From Candidatus Levyibacteriota bacterium (GTDB lineage Bacteria; Patescibacteriota; Microgenomatia; Levybacterales; UBA12049): a DNA stretch of 64,000 bases. The notes below the pieces were generated by a model. The model had not been told where the DNA came from and made no database searches. It saw nothing but the letters and a program-made list of their open reading frames with translations. Shown here piece after piece: positions 18,157 through 26,775 of the stretch. How positions within the stretch are numbered: the stretch's first letter is position 1; every line of letters begins with the position of its first letter. Position numbers and translations under genes: made by a program. Location: positions 2,527-66,526 of the forward strand of contig JBBRCK010000003.1 of NCBI GenBank assembly GCA_038205015.1. The letters are read 5' to 3'.

Positions 18157-20355
18157 TTATGGTTTAGGCATGGGAGTAGGGGTCGGATGCGGGCAGGACA
18201 TACAGTATTTATCTCCAGTTGCATCGGTAAAGATTGTTTGTTCTTTGGGTTCCGTATTATCAACCTGTCCTTTTTTGGCTAAATCCTGAGTAGTTTTATC
18301 GATCAAGACACTTTCCTTAGCTACCGATCCGGCTAATTTTTCGGTTCCTTTGATAAAATATTCAAATCTGGTTGGGCAGGCAACGTCGGTTTGCGGAAAA
18401 AAACCGGTATCAGAGCAAACCTGTTTTTGAATAACGTTTGTCGGTCTTGATAATGCTTCCTGCGGTTTTTCTTTAAGAAGTTCTGACATAATGTCATTCC
18501 AAATCGGCGCTGCTCCGGTAATACCAGAAACAAGCCCGCTCATTGGCGTATTGTCGTCGTTGCCAACCCAGGTTGCAACTAAAATGGAAGGGGTGTATCC
18601 AATTGTCCAGTTGTCGCGATAATCATTAGTGGTACCGGTTTTTACAGATACTATTTGATTTTTAATTTTAAGTTGGGAATTGTCTCCAAATTCCAAAAGT
18701 CTAGCTCCGTTATCAGCTAAAATGTCGGAAATGATATAAGAAACACCGTCAGGCAAGACCTTTTTCCCAAAAATAGGACTCTGTGGAGCTTTATATTCTT
18801 CTAATACTTTTCCACCCTTGTCAGTTATTTTTAGTATAGGATGGAGGTCAATTCTATATCCTCCGTTTGCAAAAACTCCAAAGGCAGTTGCCATATCTAC
18901 CATTTTGACTTCCGCTCCGCCAAGAGTCAGGGAAAGTCCGTAATTTTCAGGATGGTTAAAAGTGGTAATTCCCATGGCTGAAGCCGTAGCAGTCATTTCA
19001 TCCACTCCGTTTAGTTTTAGCATTTTAACGGCAGGAATATTTAAAGAATTTCCTAAAGCATAGCGCATCTGAACCAATCCATGCCATTTTCCGTCGTAGT
19101 TTAGCGGGCAGTAATCTTTTCCGCCCTGATTTGGATAACAGGTTGGTCCGTCAACAAAAGTCATTGCTGCGTTATATTTATTAATTAATCCAACTACATA
19201 ATTTACCGGTTTTATTGAAGACCCAGGTTGTCTTAAGGAGGTAGTAATATTTACATTCCCGGCAATTTCGTTATTGAAATAATCTTTGCTTCCAACCATT
19301 GCCAAAATTTCTCCTGTTCCTGGCTTAGTAACTAGTGAAGAACCATTGGTAACGTGATAATATTTAGGAAGTGCGTTTACTTCATCGGCGACTGATTGTT
19401 GCGCCAAATCCTGGATTTTTATGTCAAGACTGGTAATTACCTTAAGACCGCCTACTTCAACGGCCTTTTCTCCGTATTTGGCAATTAATAAATCCTTGAT
19501 ATACAAAACAAAATGAGGAGCCTTAATGTTATCTGAGATTTTCTTGTAGTTTAGATTTTCCTGCGCTGCTTTGTTCATTTGAGCTTTGGTAATATAGCCT
19601 TGATCTTGCATGGCTTTTAAGACTTCAATTTGCCTTGCTTTGGCAAGCTCGGGCTGTGAGCCAAACGGGGAATATTTAGTTGGAGATTGGGGAAGGCCGG
19701 CTAAAAGTGCGCTTTGAGCTAAATTCAGATCTTTGGCATGTTTTCCAAAATAACGCTGCGCCGCCGCCTCGATTCCATAAGAAGTTCCTCCATATGGGCT
19801 TTGATTTAAGTACATCTCAAGAATTTGTGCTTTTGAATAAATTATTTCTGTTGCAAAAGATAAAATTATCTCTTTTATCTTTCTGAGGACGGTTTGCTCC
19901 TGAGTCAGGAGGCTATTTTTTACCAATTGTTGAGTAAGAGTTGATCCTCCTTGAATTTGTTTGTGAAAAACAGTTGAGATAAAAGCCCTGGTAATTCCGC
20001 GCAAATCGATTGCGCCGTGCTCATAAAAGTTTCTATCCTCAATTGAAATAGTGGCTTGTTGCATGTATTTGGGGACAACGGCAAGTTTTATAAAAGTCTG
20101 ATTTTTTTTATCGTAAATGTTGTATAAAAGCTCACCGTTTCTATCATAAATTACAGTTGATTGAGGATTTGAAGAGCTCGATAATCTGGTTGGGAGAGGA
20201 AGATCTTTGAGAATAAAGAAGTAAAACAGACCGCAAAAAATTATAAAAGAAGAAAGTAAGAGAATCTCTATTTTTGTAAAGTCTCTATTTTTTATTTTTT
20301 TTACTATTTTTTTGTGTGGAGAAAGATTGCGAATAAACTCAAAGCGCATGCTCAA
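18157..20355 (-). CDS. Class A penicillin-binding protein, copy 2 (tandem paralog)
   Basis: GGSTLTQQLVKN; RQPGSSIKPV; KTGTTN. Confidence 0.85.
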   Translation of the reverse strand: MSMRFEFIRNLSPHKKIVKKIKNRDFTKIEILLLSSFIIFCGLFYFFILKDLPLPTRLSSSSNPQSTVIYDRNGELLYNIYDKKNQTFIKLAVVPKYMQQATISIEDRNFYEHGAIDLRGITRAFISTVFHKQIQGGSTLTQQLVKNSLLTQEQTVLRKIKEIILSFATEIIYSKAQILEMYLNQSPYGGTSYGIEAAAQRYFGKHAKDLNLAQSALLAGLPQSPTKYSPFGSQPELAKARQIEVLKAMQDQGYITKAQMNKAAQENLNYKKISDNIKAPHFVLYIKDLLIAKYGEKAVEVGGLKVITSLDIKIQDLAQQSVADEVNALPKYYHVTNGSSLVTKPGTGEILAMVGSKDYFNNEIAGNVNITTSLRQPGSSIKPVNYVVGLINKYNAAMTFVDGPTCYPNQGGKDYCPLNYDGKWHGLVQMRYALGNSLNIPAVKMLKLNGVDEMTATASAMGITTFNHPENYGLSLTLGGAEVKMVDMATAFGVFANGGYRIDLHPILKITDKGGKVLEEYKAPQSPIFGKKVLPDGVSYIISDILADNGARLLEFGDNSQLKIKNQIVSVKTGTTNDYRDNWTIGYTPSILVATWVGNDDNTPMSGLVSGITGAAPIWNDIMSELLKEKPQEALSRPTNVIQKQVCSDTGFFPQTDVACPTRFEYFIKGTEKLAGSVAKESVLIDKTTQDLAKKGQVDNTEPKEQTIFTDATGDKYCMSCPHPTPTPMPKP

Positions 20356-20418
20356 TATAATATCACTACTTTAACTTGCTTACAACGCATTTTAATAATT
20401 GTTATAATTGTAGAGTAG

Positions 20419-21444
20419 ATGAACGTCTTTCAATTTATCACTACTTTATCGATACCATTTTTAGGATTTAATTGGATTGATATTTTTATTATTTTAATAT
20501 TAGCTTTTTACACTTTTGAAGGCTATTCCCAAGGATTTTTGGTAGCTACCACAGATTTCGCTTCATTTATAGTTTCCTTTGCATTAGGGCTAACTTTTTA
20601 TGGAAAGATCGCCTCATTTTTGGTTAATAACTTTCATTTACTGCATGGGTTTGCTAACGCCATCGGATTTTTTATCGCCGCAGTATTTTTTGAGGTAATT
20701 TTTACCGTTTTAATTAGAAATCTAGTTTTAAAAACCAGCCTTTTTGAGAAAGAAGGATTTAAAAATAAAACAATTGAAAGCATTAATAATTTCTTAGGCG
20801 TAGTTCCGGGATTTTTGTCGGGATTTTTGTTAGCGGCCTTTATTTTAAGTTTAATTATTACTCTTCCTTTATCGGTATTTTTAAAAAATTCGGTAAATAA
20901 TTCAAAAATTGGTAGCGTTTTGGTTTTTAATACTCAAGGATTTGCAAAACAATGGGGTGATGTTTTTGGTGGGGCAGTAAACGACACATTGTCTTTTTTA
21001 ACAGTTGAGCCAAAGGGAAACGAGAAAGTTGACCTTCATTTTACCACTAAAGATGTAAGTGTTAGCAAAGTTGATGAGCAAAAAATGCTAACGATGGTAA
21101 ATGGTGAAAGGCAAAAGGTTGGCTTAAACAGTTTATCTTTTTCCGAAGATTTGGCAAAAGTTGGTAGAGCACATTGCCAAGATATGTTTGCCAGAGGCTA
21201 TTTTTCGCATTACACTCCCGAGGGATTATCTCCGTTTGACAGAATGATGGCGGCGAGTATAAATTTTAATTATGCGGGGGAAAATTTGGCATTGGCGCCT
21301 AGTATTGAGTTGGCAATGAGTGGTTTAATGCAAAGTCCGGGACATAAAGCAAATATCCTTTCTCAAAATTTTAACAGGGTTGGAATTGGGGTAATTGATG
21401 GTGGAGTATATGGCGAGATGTTTTGTCAGGAATTTATGGATTGA
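20419..21444 (+). CDS. CvpA-family membrane domain fused to C-terminal CAP/SCP (PR-1-like) extracellular domain
   Basis: N-terminal 4-TM CvpA-like region; C-terminal CAP blocks GHCQDMFARGYFSHYTPEG, GENLA, PGHKANILSQNFNRVGIGV. Confidence 0.6.
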   Translation: MNVFQFITTLSIPFLGFNWIDIFIILILAFYTFEGYSQGFLVATTDFASFIVSFALGLTFYGKIASFLVNNFHLLHGFANAIGFFIAAVFFEVIFTVLIRNLVLKTSLFEKEGFKNKTIESINNFLGVVPGFLSGFLLAAFILSLIITLPLSVFLKNSVNNSKIGSVLVFNTQGFAKQWGDVFGGAVNDTLSFLTVEPKGNEKVDLHFTTKDVSVSKVDEQKMLTMVNGERQKVGLNSLSFSEDLAKVGRAHCQDMFARGYFSHYTPEGLSPFDRMMAASINFNYAGENLALAPSIELAMSGLMQSPGHKANILSQNFNRVGIGVIDGGVYGEMFCQEFMD

Positions 21445-21446
21445 AT

Positions 21447-22532
21447 ATGAATTTAAAAAATATTGAAAGAGAAGACTTTAAGGGCAAAAAAGTATTTTTA
21501 AGGGTAGATTTAGATGTACCGATAAAGTCGGGAAAAATATTGGATGATTTGCGGCTTAAAGCTTGGTTTCCGACGTTAGAATTTCTTCTTAAAAATGGCG
21601 CAGAAGTTGTGTTAGCAGGTCATTTGGGAAGACCTAAGAAGCAATTTCCAATTTCTAATTTCCAATTTTCAAAAGAAAACGAGAAATTTAGTTTAAAGCC
21701 GATTGCACAATGGGTTAATAATCAGCTTGAGTTGCATTCGGATTTAGATGAGGTAGAGGTAAACAGATTTAAAGCTTTTAAAACTAAAGGAAGTGTAATA
21801 ATTCTGGAAAATCTGAGGTTTTATAAAGAAGAAGAGGAAGACGATGAGGAATTTTCTAAACAACTTGCTTTATTTGCAGACATATACGTAAACGATGCCT
21901 TTGCCTCAAGTCATAGAGCACATGCTTCAATTGTTGGAATTACCAAATTTCTGCCCTCGTTTGCAGGTATAAGGCTTTTGGAGGAAGTAAAAGTTTTATC
22001 TCAAATTTTGGAAAATCCAAAAAAGCCTATGTGCGTGATTTTGGGTGGAGCAAAAATCGAAACAAAACTTCCCTTGGTTGAAAAAATGCACCAATTTGCG
22101 GATTATGTTTTGGTTGGTGGGGAAATTGCAGAGAATACTAAGGTTTTATTAAAAGTTGCACACGAGAAAATATCTGCAGAACAACATACAAAGTCTGCTC
22201 TTTTAATTGCAGATTTAACATCCAATCAAAAAGATATAACGCAAAAGAGTGCGCAAAATTTTTTACAGATTGCGCAAAAGTGCGAAACAATTGTTTGGAA
22301 TGGGCCAATGGGAATGGTAGAAGAAGAGAAAAGTAAATCAGGAACTTTAGATTTGGCAACTGGACTTTCAAAAATTCTTGGATATAAAATAGTTGGGGGA
22401 GGAGACACTTTAAGTTTTCTTAAAGAAAATAATCTGCTAAAACATTATGATTTTGTTTCAATTGGCGGTGGGGCAATGCTTGAGCTTCTGGCAGGTGAAG
22501 AACTTCCGGGATTAGTAGTTTTAGAAAAATAA
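21447..22532 (+). CDS. pgk: Phosphoglycerate kinase (ATG 21447 preferred over TTG 21423)
   Basis: KKVFLRVDLDVP, AGHLGRPKK, GGGDT...GGGAMLE. Confidence 0.9.
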   Translation: MNLKNIEREDFKGKKVFLRVDLDVPIKSGKILDDLRLKAWFPTLEFLLKNGAEVVLAGHLGRPKKQFPISNFQFSKENEKFSLKPIAQWVNNQLELHSDLDEVEVNRFKAFKTKGSVIILENLRFYKEEEEDDEEFSKQLALFADIYVNDAFASSHRAHASIVGITKFLPSFAGIRLLEEVKVLSQILENPKKPMCVILGGAKIETKLPLVEKMHQFADYVLVGGEIAENTKVLLKVAHEKISAEQHTKSALLIADLTSNQKDITQKSAQNFLQIAQKCETIVWNGPMGMVEEEKSKSGTLDLATGLSKILGYKIVGGGDTLSFLKENNLLKHYDFVSIGGGAMLELLAGEELPGLVVLEK

Positions 22533-22666
22533 CTTCAAGCCGTAATTAATTTGAAGTATGTCTTTATTCCGTTTAAAACCTCGGCATTTGCATCGCATAA
22601 AAAGAGTAATCCAGATTGCAGAACATAATTAATTTTAAGAATCTAATACTTCAGAATAAAGAATAG

Positions 22667-24097
22667 TTAGCGCTTAATATAATAGTCTACCTTGCTATCA
22701 GAATATTCGAGTTTCCATATACTGCTTGCCGACAATAGATACATATCAAGATTTGTGCCCGGCACAGCAATGGCCCAAGAAAAATTTTGTTTTTCAAAAG
22801 CCTGTGTCCAAACGTTACTATTATAAATGTCGACAAAATCTTTAAACGGATTAATTCCATTTTCTTCCCAAACAGTCATTCTTCCATCAATGAAGGTTTT
22901 TATTTGAGGAACGCGCCAAATAAGATAACTACCCATGCTGTAATTATTAAATCCCCGTCCCCGTGGTGGATTCTCATTTAAGAAATCGCTTAGTTTTTCG
23001 GAACAACGTAAATTTAAGCAATAAACATTCCAGTTAAATGTATTAAGGCTAACTGCTGGTAATCTGATCAGTAAAGCGTAACAAAGCAATGCAAAAGTAA
23101 TTGACAAAGCCAGTAAATTCAGAATTTTGTGCCATTTAACAGTCACCATGCCTTGAATATACTTGAAGAAAATAAGGGCGACGGGAAAAGAACACAAGAC
23201 ATAAATTAAAAGATATCTCCGAAAGCCTAAAGTTAGAAAAAAGAAAATCGTGTTGATAAGGACATGCGGTAAAAATTTTTTCCAATCCTTGATAAGTATA
23301 AAAGCGGATATTATCAACAGTACTGCGGAATAAATAAAAAAGATTATTTGTCCCGGGGAGCCGTTGGGAATCGGCCTCCATTCTGCTATGTGAGATTGCA
23401 TTTGTGAAGATATAGCGTTTTTAAAATCTTCTGTAAAAACCCTATAAGTAAAGGGGTTAATAAAACAGGCTAACACAGATAGTATAAAAATGCTTAATTC
23501 AGTTAACAACTCTTTTTGTTTTTTTACATCACGAAATCCTAAGATTATCCTCCATGCCAAAAATATAAACCAAATACTAAGCCCCAGAATGAAACCGCCA
23601 TGTAGGTTGGCCCATATCAGAAAAACAAAAGGGAGGTAAATAAACCGCTTTTTATTAATAAGAGAATATACAATGGCTAAGCCTAGGATAGTATCCAATT
23701 GCGCTCTCATTCCAAGCCAAGCGACACCAGAGAGTATGAGAAATGGGGGTAATAAGAACATTTTTAACCATGGTTTAACCTTGTAAGCTAAAGTAATGAA
23801 TATAAATGCCAGAGTAACGGTTGCTGCGCCCCAGATAGACAATCCGACAAAGCCAAATGTTTTAAAAAATGGGTAAAGTATGACTTCATAACCCCAGGAA
23901 GGATTAACCCAATAATAATTGGGTAAGGAGGAGGAGAAAATATTTCTAGTTAATATTTTTCCGGTTTGCCAAAAATATTGCCCATATCTTAAGTGCCATC
24001 CTAAATCCGGATCAGTTGGAGGCCAAAGCATGAAGGTAAAGACGACAACTATAATTAAAATTTCTAAAATTATAGGCAGAAGCAGACTTTTCTTCAT
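22667..24097 (-). CDS. Polytopic membrane protein (476 aa), possible GT-C-like glycosyltransferase/polymerase
   Basis: About 12 hydrophobic helices, TDPDLGWHLRYGQY first loop; architecture only. Confidence 0.4.
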   Translation of the reverse strand: MKKSLLLPIILEILIIVVVFTFMLWPPTDPDLGWHLRYGQYFWQTGKILTRNIFSSSLPNYYWVNPSWGYEVILYPFFKTFGFVGLSIWGAATVTLAFIFITLAYKVKPWLKMFLLPPFLILSGVAWLGMRAQLDTILGLAIVYSLINKKRFIYLPFVFLIWANLHGGFILGLSIWFIFLAWRIILGFRDVKKQKELLTELSIFILSVLACFINPFTYRVFTEDFKNAISSQMQSHIAEWRPIPNGSPGQIIFFIYSAVLLIISAFILIKDWKKFLPHVLINTIFFFLTLGFRRYLLIYVLCSFPVALIFFKYIQGMVTVKWHKILNLLALSITFALLCYALLIRLPAVSLNTFNWNVYCLNLRCSEKLSDFLNENPPRGRGFNNYSMGSYLIWRVPQIKTFIDGRMTVWEENGINPFKDFVDIYNSNVWTQAFEKQNFSWAIAVPGTNLDMYLLSASSIWKLEYSDSKVDYYIKR

Positions 24098-24176
24098 AAG
24101 ATAAATCTATAGCACTCAATTAGTAATTGCAAGGGAAGTATTGAGTAATTTAGCCTCAAAATGATATAATTGTTTT

Positions 24177-24329
24177 ATGAAATGCTCTACGTGTGGCCAA
24201 GAAATGAAACTATTGTCCGTAGATACAACTATTAGTCACAAAAACAGCAAGTATTATAAGAGAACGATTTATTGGTGCGAAGAAGATGATATCTGGGTTA
24301 CAACAGAAATCCCAAAAGATTTGGATTAA
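24177..24329 (+). CDS. Small (50 aa) YgiT/MqsA-type zinc-finger protein, below ORF-track cutoff; probably leaderless
   Basis: MKCSTCGQEMKLL...YWCEEDDIW; extended -10 aTGaTATAAT at 24162-24170 placing TSS at/near ATG 24177. Confidence 0.45.
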   Translation: MKCSTCGQEMKLLSVDTTISHKNSKYYKRTIYWCEEDDIWVTTEIPKDLD

Positions 24330-24402
24330 TTCACTTAGCTTAGTATTTAAGATTTTCCACTTGTTCTTAATTTAAAAACTTTGTTATACTAGTTTCACTG
24401 TC

Positions 24403-25485
24403 ATGATAAGAACTGCCATTAACGGATACGGAAGGATTGGGCGCGTAGCGCACAGAGTAATTTTAGAAAAATATCTACAAGAAATCGATATTGTTGCAAT
24501 TAATGCAGGTTCCTCAACCGACATTAAGGGTTGGATGTATTTATTAAAATACGACACTTCTTATGGCCCAATCTATTCCATGGATGTTTCGTATCAAGAG
24601 GCGGATGCAAATCCTCAACTTAAAGATTTAATTGGTTATTTATTAATAGATAGTAAAAAAATTCCTGTTTTGTCACAAAAAGACCCAACACTTCTTCCTT
24701 GGGGAAATTTAGGAATAGATGTAGTTATCGAATCAACGGGTCATTTTACAGACGAAGAAGGGCTAAAAAAGCATCTGACGGCAGGTGCTAAGGGTGTTGT
24801 TTTATCTGCACCGGCAAAAGACGGAAATGTGCCAACTTACGTTATGTCGGTTAATAACGATAAGTATCAGGGTGAATCCGCAATCAACAATGCTTCTTGC
24901 ACCACTAACTGTATTGCGCCGGTTGCAAGGGCAATGGTTGACGCATTCGGGGTTGATAAAGCAATGATGACCACGGTTCATGGATATACTTCGGACCAAG
25001 AATTACAAGACGGAGGACACAAAGACTACCGAAGAGCAAGAGCAGCGGCGCAAAACATAATTCCAACCTCAACAGGCGCAACCATTGCGGCAGCTCAGGC
25101 GGTTCCTGAATTAAAAGGACTGTTTGAAGGACTTTCCTTAAGAGTTCCGGTTGCAGTTGGTTCGTTGTCGGATTTTACCTTTCTGCTTAAAAGAGACACG
25201 ACGGTAGAAGAAGTTAATGATATTTTAAAGCAATCAGCGGCTGCTCCCGAATACGCCGGAATTCTTTCAGTAACTTCAGAGCCCTTGGTCTCATCGGATA
25301 TTGTTGGAAGCTCATATTCTTCAATTGTTGATTTATCATTAACTCAAGTAATTGGTAATATGGTAAAAATTGTTGCTTGGTATGATAATGAATACGGCTA
25401 TGCAAATAGATTAGTTGAGGAAGTAATTATGATGGGGAAAAGGCCTACAGTTCAAGAGCCCCTGCCGCCTCAAATTACTCCATAA
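24403..25485 (+). CDS. gap: Glyceraldehyde-3-phosphate dehydrogenase
   Basis: INGYGRIGR, ASCTTNCIAP catalytic Cys block. Confidence 0.9.
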   Translation: MIRTAINGYGRIGRVAHRVILEKYLQEIDIVAINAGSSTDIKGWMYLLKYDTSYGPIYSMDVSYQEADANPQLKDLIGYLLIDSKKIPVLSQKDPTLLPWGNLGIDVVIESTGHFTDEEGLKKHLTAGAKGVVLSAPAKDGNVPTYVMSVNNDKYQGESAINNASCTTNCIAPVARAMVDAFGVDKAMMTTVHGYTSDQELQDGGHKDYRRARAAAQNIIPTSTGATIAAAQAVPELKGLFEGLSLRVPVAVGSLSDFTFLLKRDTTVEEVNDILKQSAAAPEYAGILSVTSEPLVSSDIVGSSYSSIVDLSLTQVIGNMVKIVAWYDNEYGYANRLVEEVIMMGKRPTVQEPLPPQITP

Positions 25486-25503
25486 ATAGTTATTGCATTA
25501 CTA

Positions 25504-26055
25504 TTGTATAATAGCAACATGAATAAGCTTATACCCTTTTTTGTACTATTTTTTATATTTTCCTTAACCAGTTTTTCTTTTGCAAAAGATGCCGTTTCTA
25601 GCCCATCGGCAGAAATAGTTCAGTACGACCTTCCGTACCCTGGGATTTTACCGGATAATCCTTTATATTTTCTAAAAGCAGTTAGAGATAACCTGATTAG
25701 GTTTTTTATTACGGACTCTTTGAAAAAAGGGGAATATGATCTTTTAATGTCGGATAAACGATTAGCCAGTTCGCAAAAACTTTTAGACGAAGGTAAAGTA
25801 GATTTATCGATAACCACGCTTTCAAAGTCTGGCAACTATTTTTATAGTTCTATTGAAAATATTGTAAAGGCGAAAAAAGAAGGACAAAATGCCAATCCTT
25901 TATTAGACAAACTCTTAACGGCGTCAAAAAAACATCAAGAAATAATTTCTGAAATGACAAGAAAAGCAAGCGGAAAAAACAAACAAGCGGTCCTAGGATT
26001 ATTGGAAAGAGCAAGAGATTTTCAAATAAAGGTAGAACAAAATAAGCCTAGATAA
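25504..26055 (+). CDS. Hypothetical secreted protein (signal peptide, 183 aa)
   Basis: N-terminal hydrophobic signal, otherwise helical K/E-rich. Confidence 0.4.
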   Translation: MYNSNMNKLIPFFVLFFIFSLTSFSFAKDAVSSPSAEIVQYDLPYPGILPDNPLYFLKAVRDNLIRFFITDSLKKGEYDLLMSDKRLASSQKLLDEGKVDLSITTLSKSGNYFYSSIENIVKAKKEGQNANPLLDKLLTASKKHQEIISEMTRKASGKNKQAVLGLLERARDFQIKVEQNKPR

Positions 26056-26211
26056 GTGCTTTTTCTGCCCCTTAAGAATAAATTTTTTACCCGGAACTTT
26101 ATGTATAGAGAATATGTTTTTTGTTCCTTTTTTTAAACTTTACCAAAAGATAGGAAAACTGAAGCTGAAAAACATACTGACCCTCTTTGATACAGATATT
26201 AATAGTTGACG

Positions 26212-26256
26212 CCATAGTCCTAGTGTCATATTATTTTTTTGGCACTATATCTAGTG
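26212..26256 (+). promoter_or_regulatory. Tandem NrdR-box-like palindromes (CCATAGTCCTAGTG and CACTATATCTAGTG), centres 31 bp apart, upstream of nrdR-nrdJ
   Basis: Imperfect 14-bp palindromes resembling NrdR box (CACwAtATaTwGTG) at 26212-26225 and 26243-26256; spacing of three helical turns typical of NrdR operators. Confidence 0.45.
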
Positions 26257-26308
26257 ATTGAAAGTCAAAATTTAAGAGTTAAGGGTCAAAAATAGGAAAT
26301 TTTGATTT

Positions 26309-26773
26309 TTGCCTTTTAAATTTATGAAGTGTCCATATTGCGGAAGCAAAGAAACAGAAGTAGTAGAAACCAGAGACTCTGAAGACCTGGAGACAATAAG
26401 AAGAAGGCGAGAGTGTATAACGTGTAAGAAAAGGTTTACAACTTACGAACGAATAGAAAACATTAATTTAATAGTAATCAAAAAAGACGGAAAACGGGAG
26501 CAGTTTAACAGAGATAAATTAAAAGCCGGAATAATCAGATCTTGCGAAAAAACAAAAGTATCTCTTGAAGATATTGAAAAAATAGTAACGGAAATCGAAA
26601 GAGAATTAAGGGGAGAAGCGAGTGTTGAGGTTGAAAGTAAGAAAATCGGACAAATGGTTGCCAGTAGGCTTAAGGCACTAGATAAAGTCGCTTACATCAG
26701 ATTCTCGAGCGTTTTTAGAAGATTTGTAGATGTAGAGGATTTTGAAAAAGAAGTAAAAAGATTAATAAAATAA
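26309..26773 (+). CDS. nrdR: Transcriptional repressor NrdR (zinc ribbon + ATP-cone)
   Basis: MKCPYCGS...CITCKKRFTTYERIE zinc ribbon; ATP-cone IVIKKDGKREQFNRDKL. Confidence 0.9.
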   Translation: MPFKFMKCPYCGSKETEVVETRDSEDLETIRRRRECITCKKRFTTYERIENINLIVIKKDGKREQFNRDKLKAGIIRSCEKTKVSLEDIEKIVTEIERELRGEASVEVESKKIGQMVASRLKALDKVAYIRFSSVFRRFVDVEDFEKEVKRLIK

Positions 26774-26775
26774 TT

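Noticed and set aside
22533-22666. Possible bidirectional terminator between convergent pgk and membrane protein gene
   Set aside because: The hairpin ACTTCAA...TTGAAGT has an 11-nt loop and no clear T-run; too weak to call.
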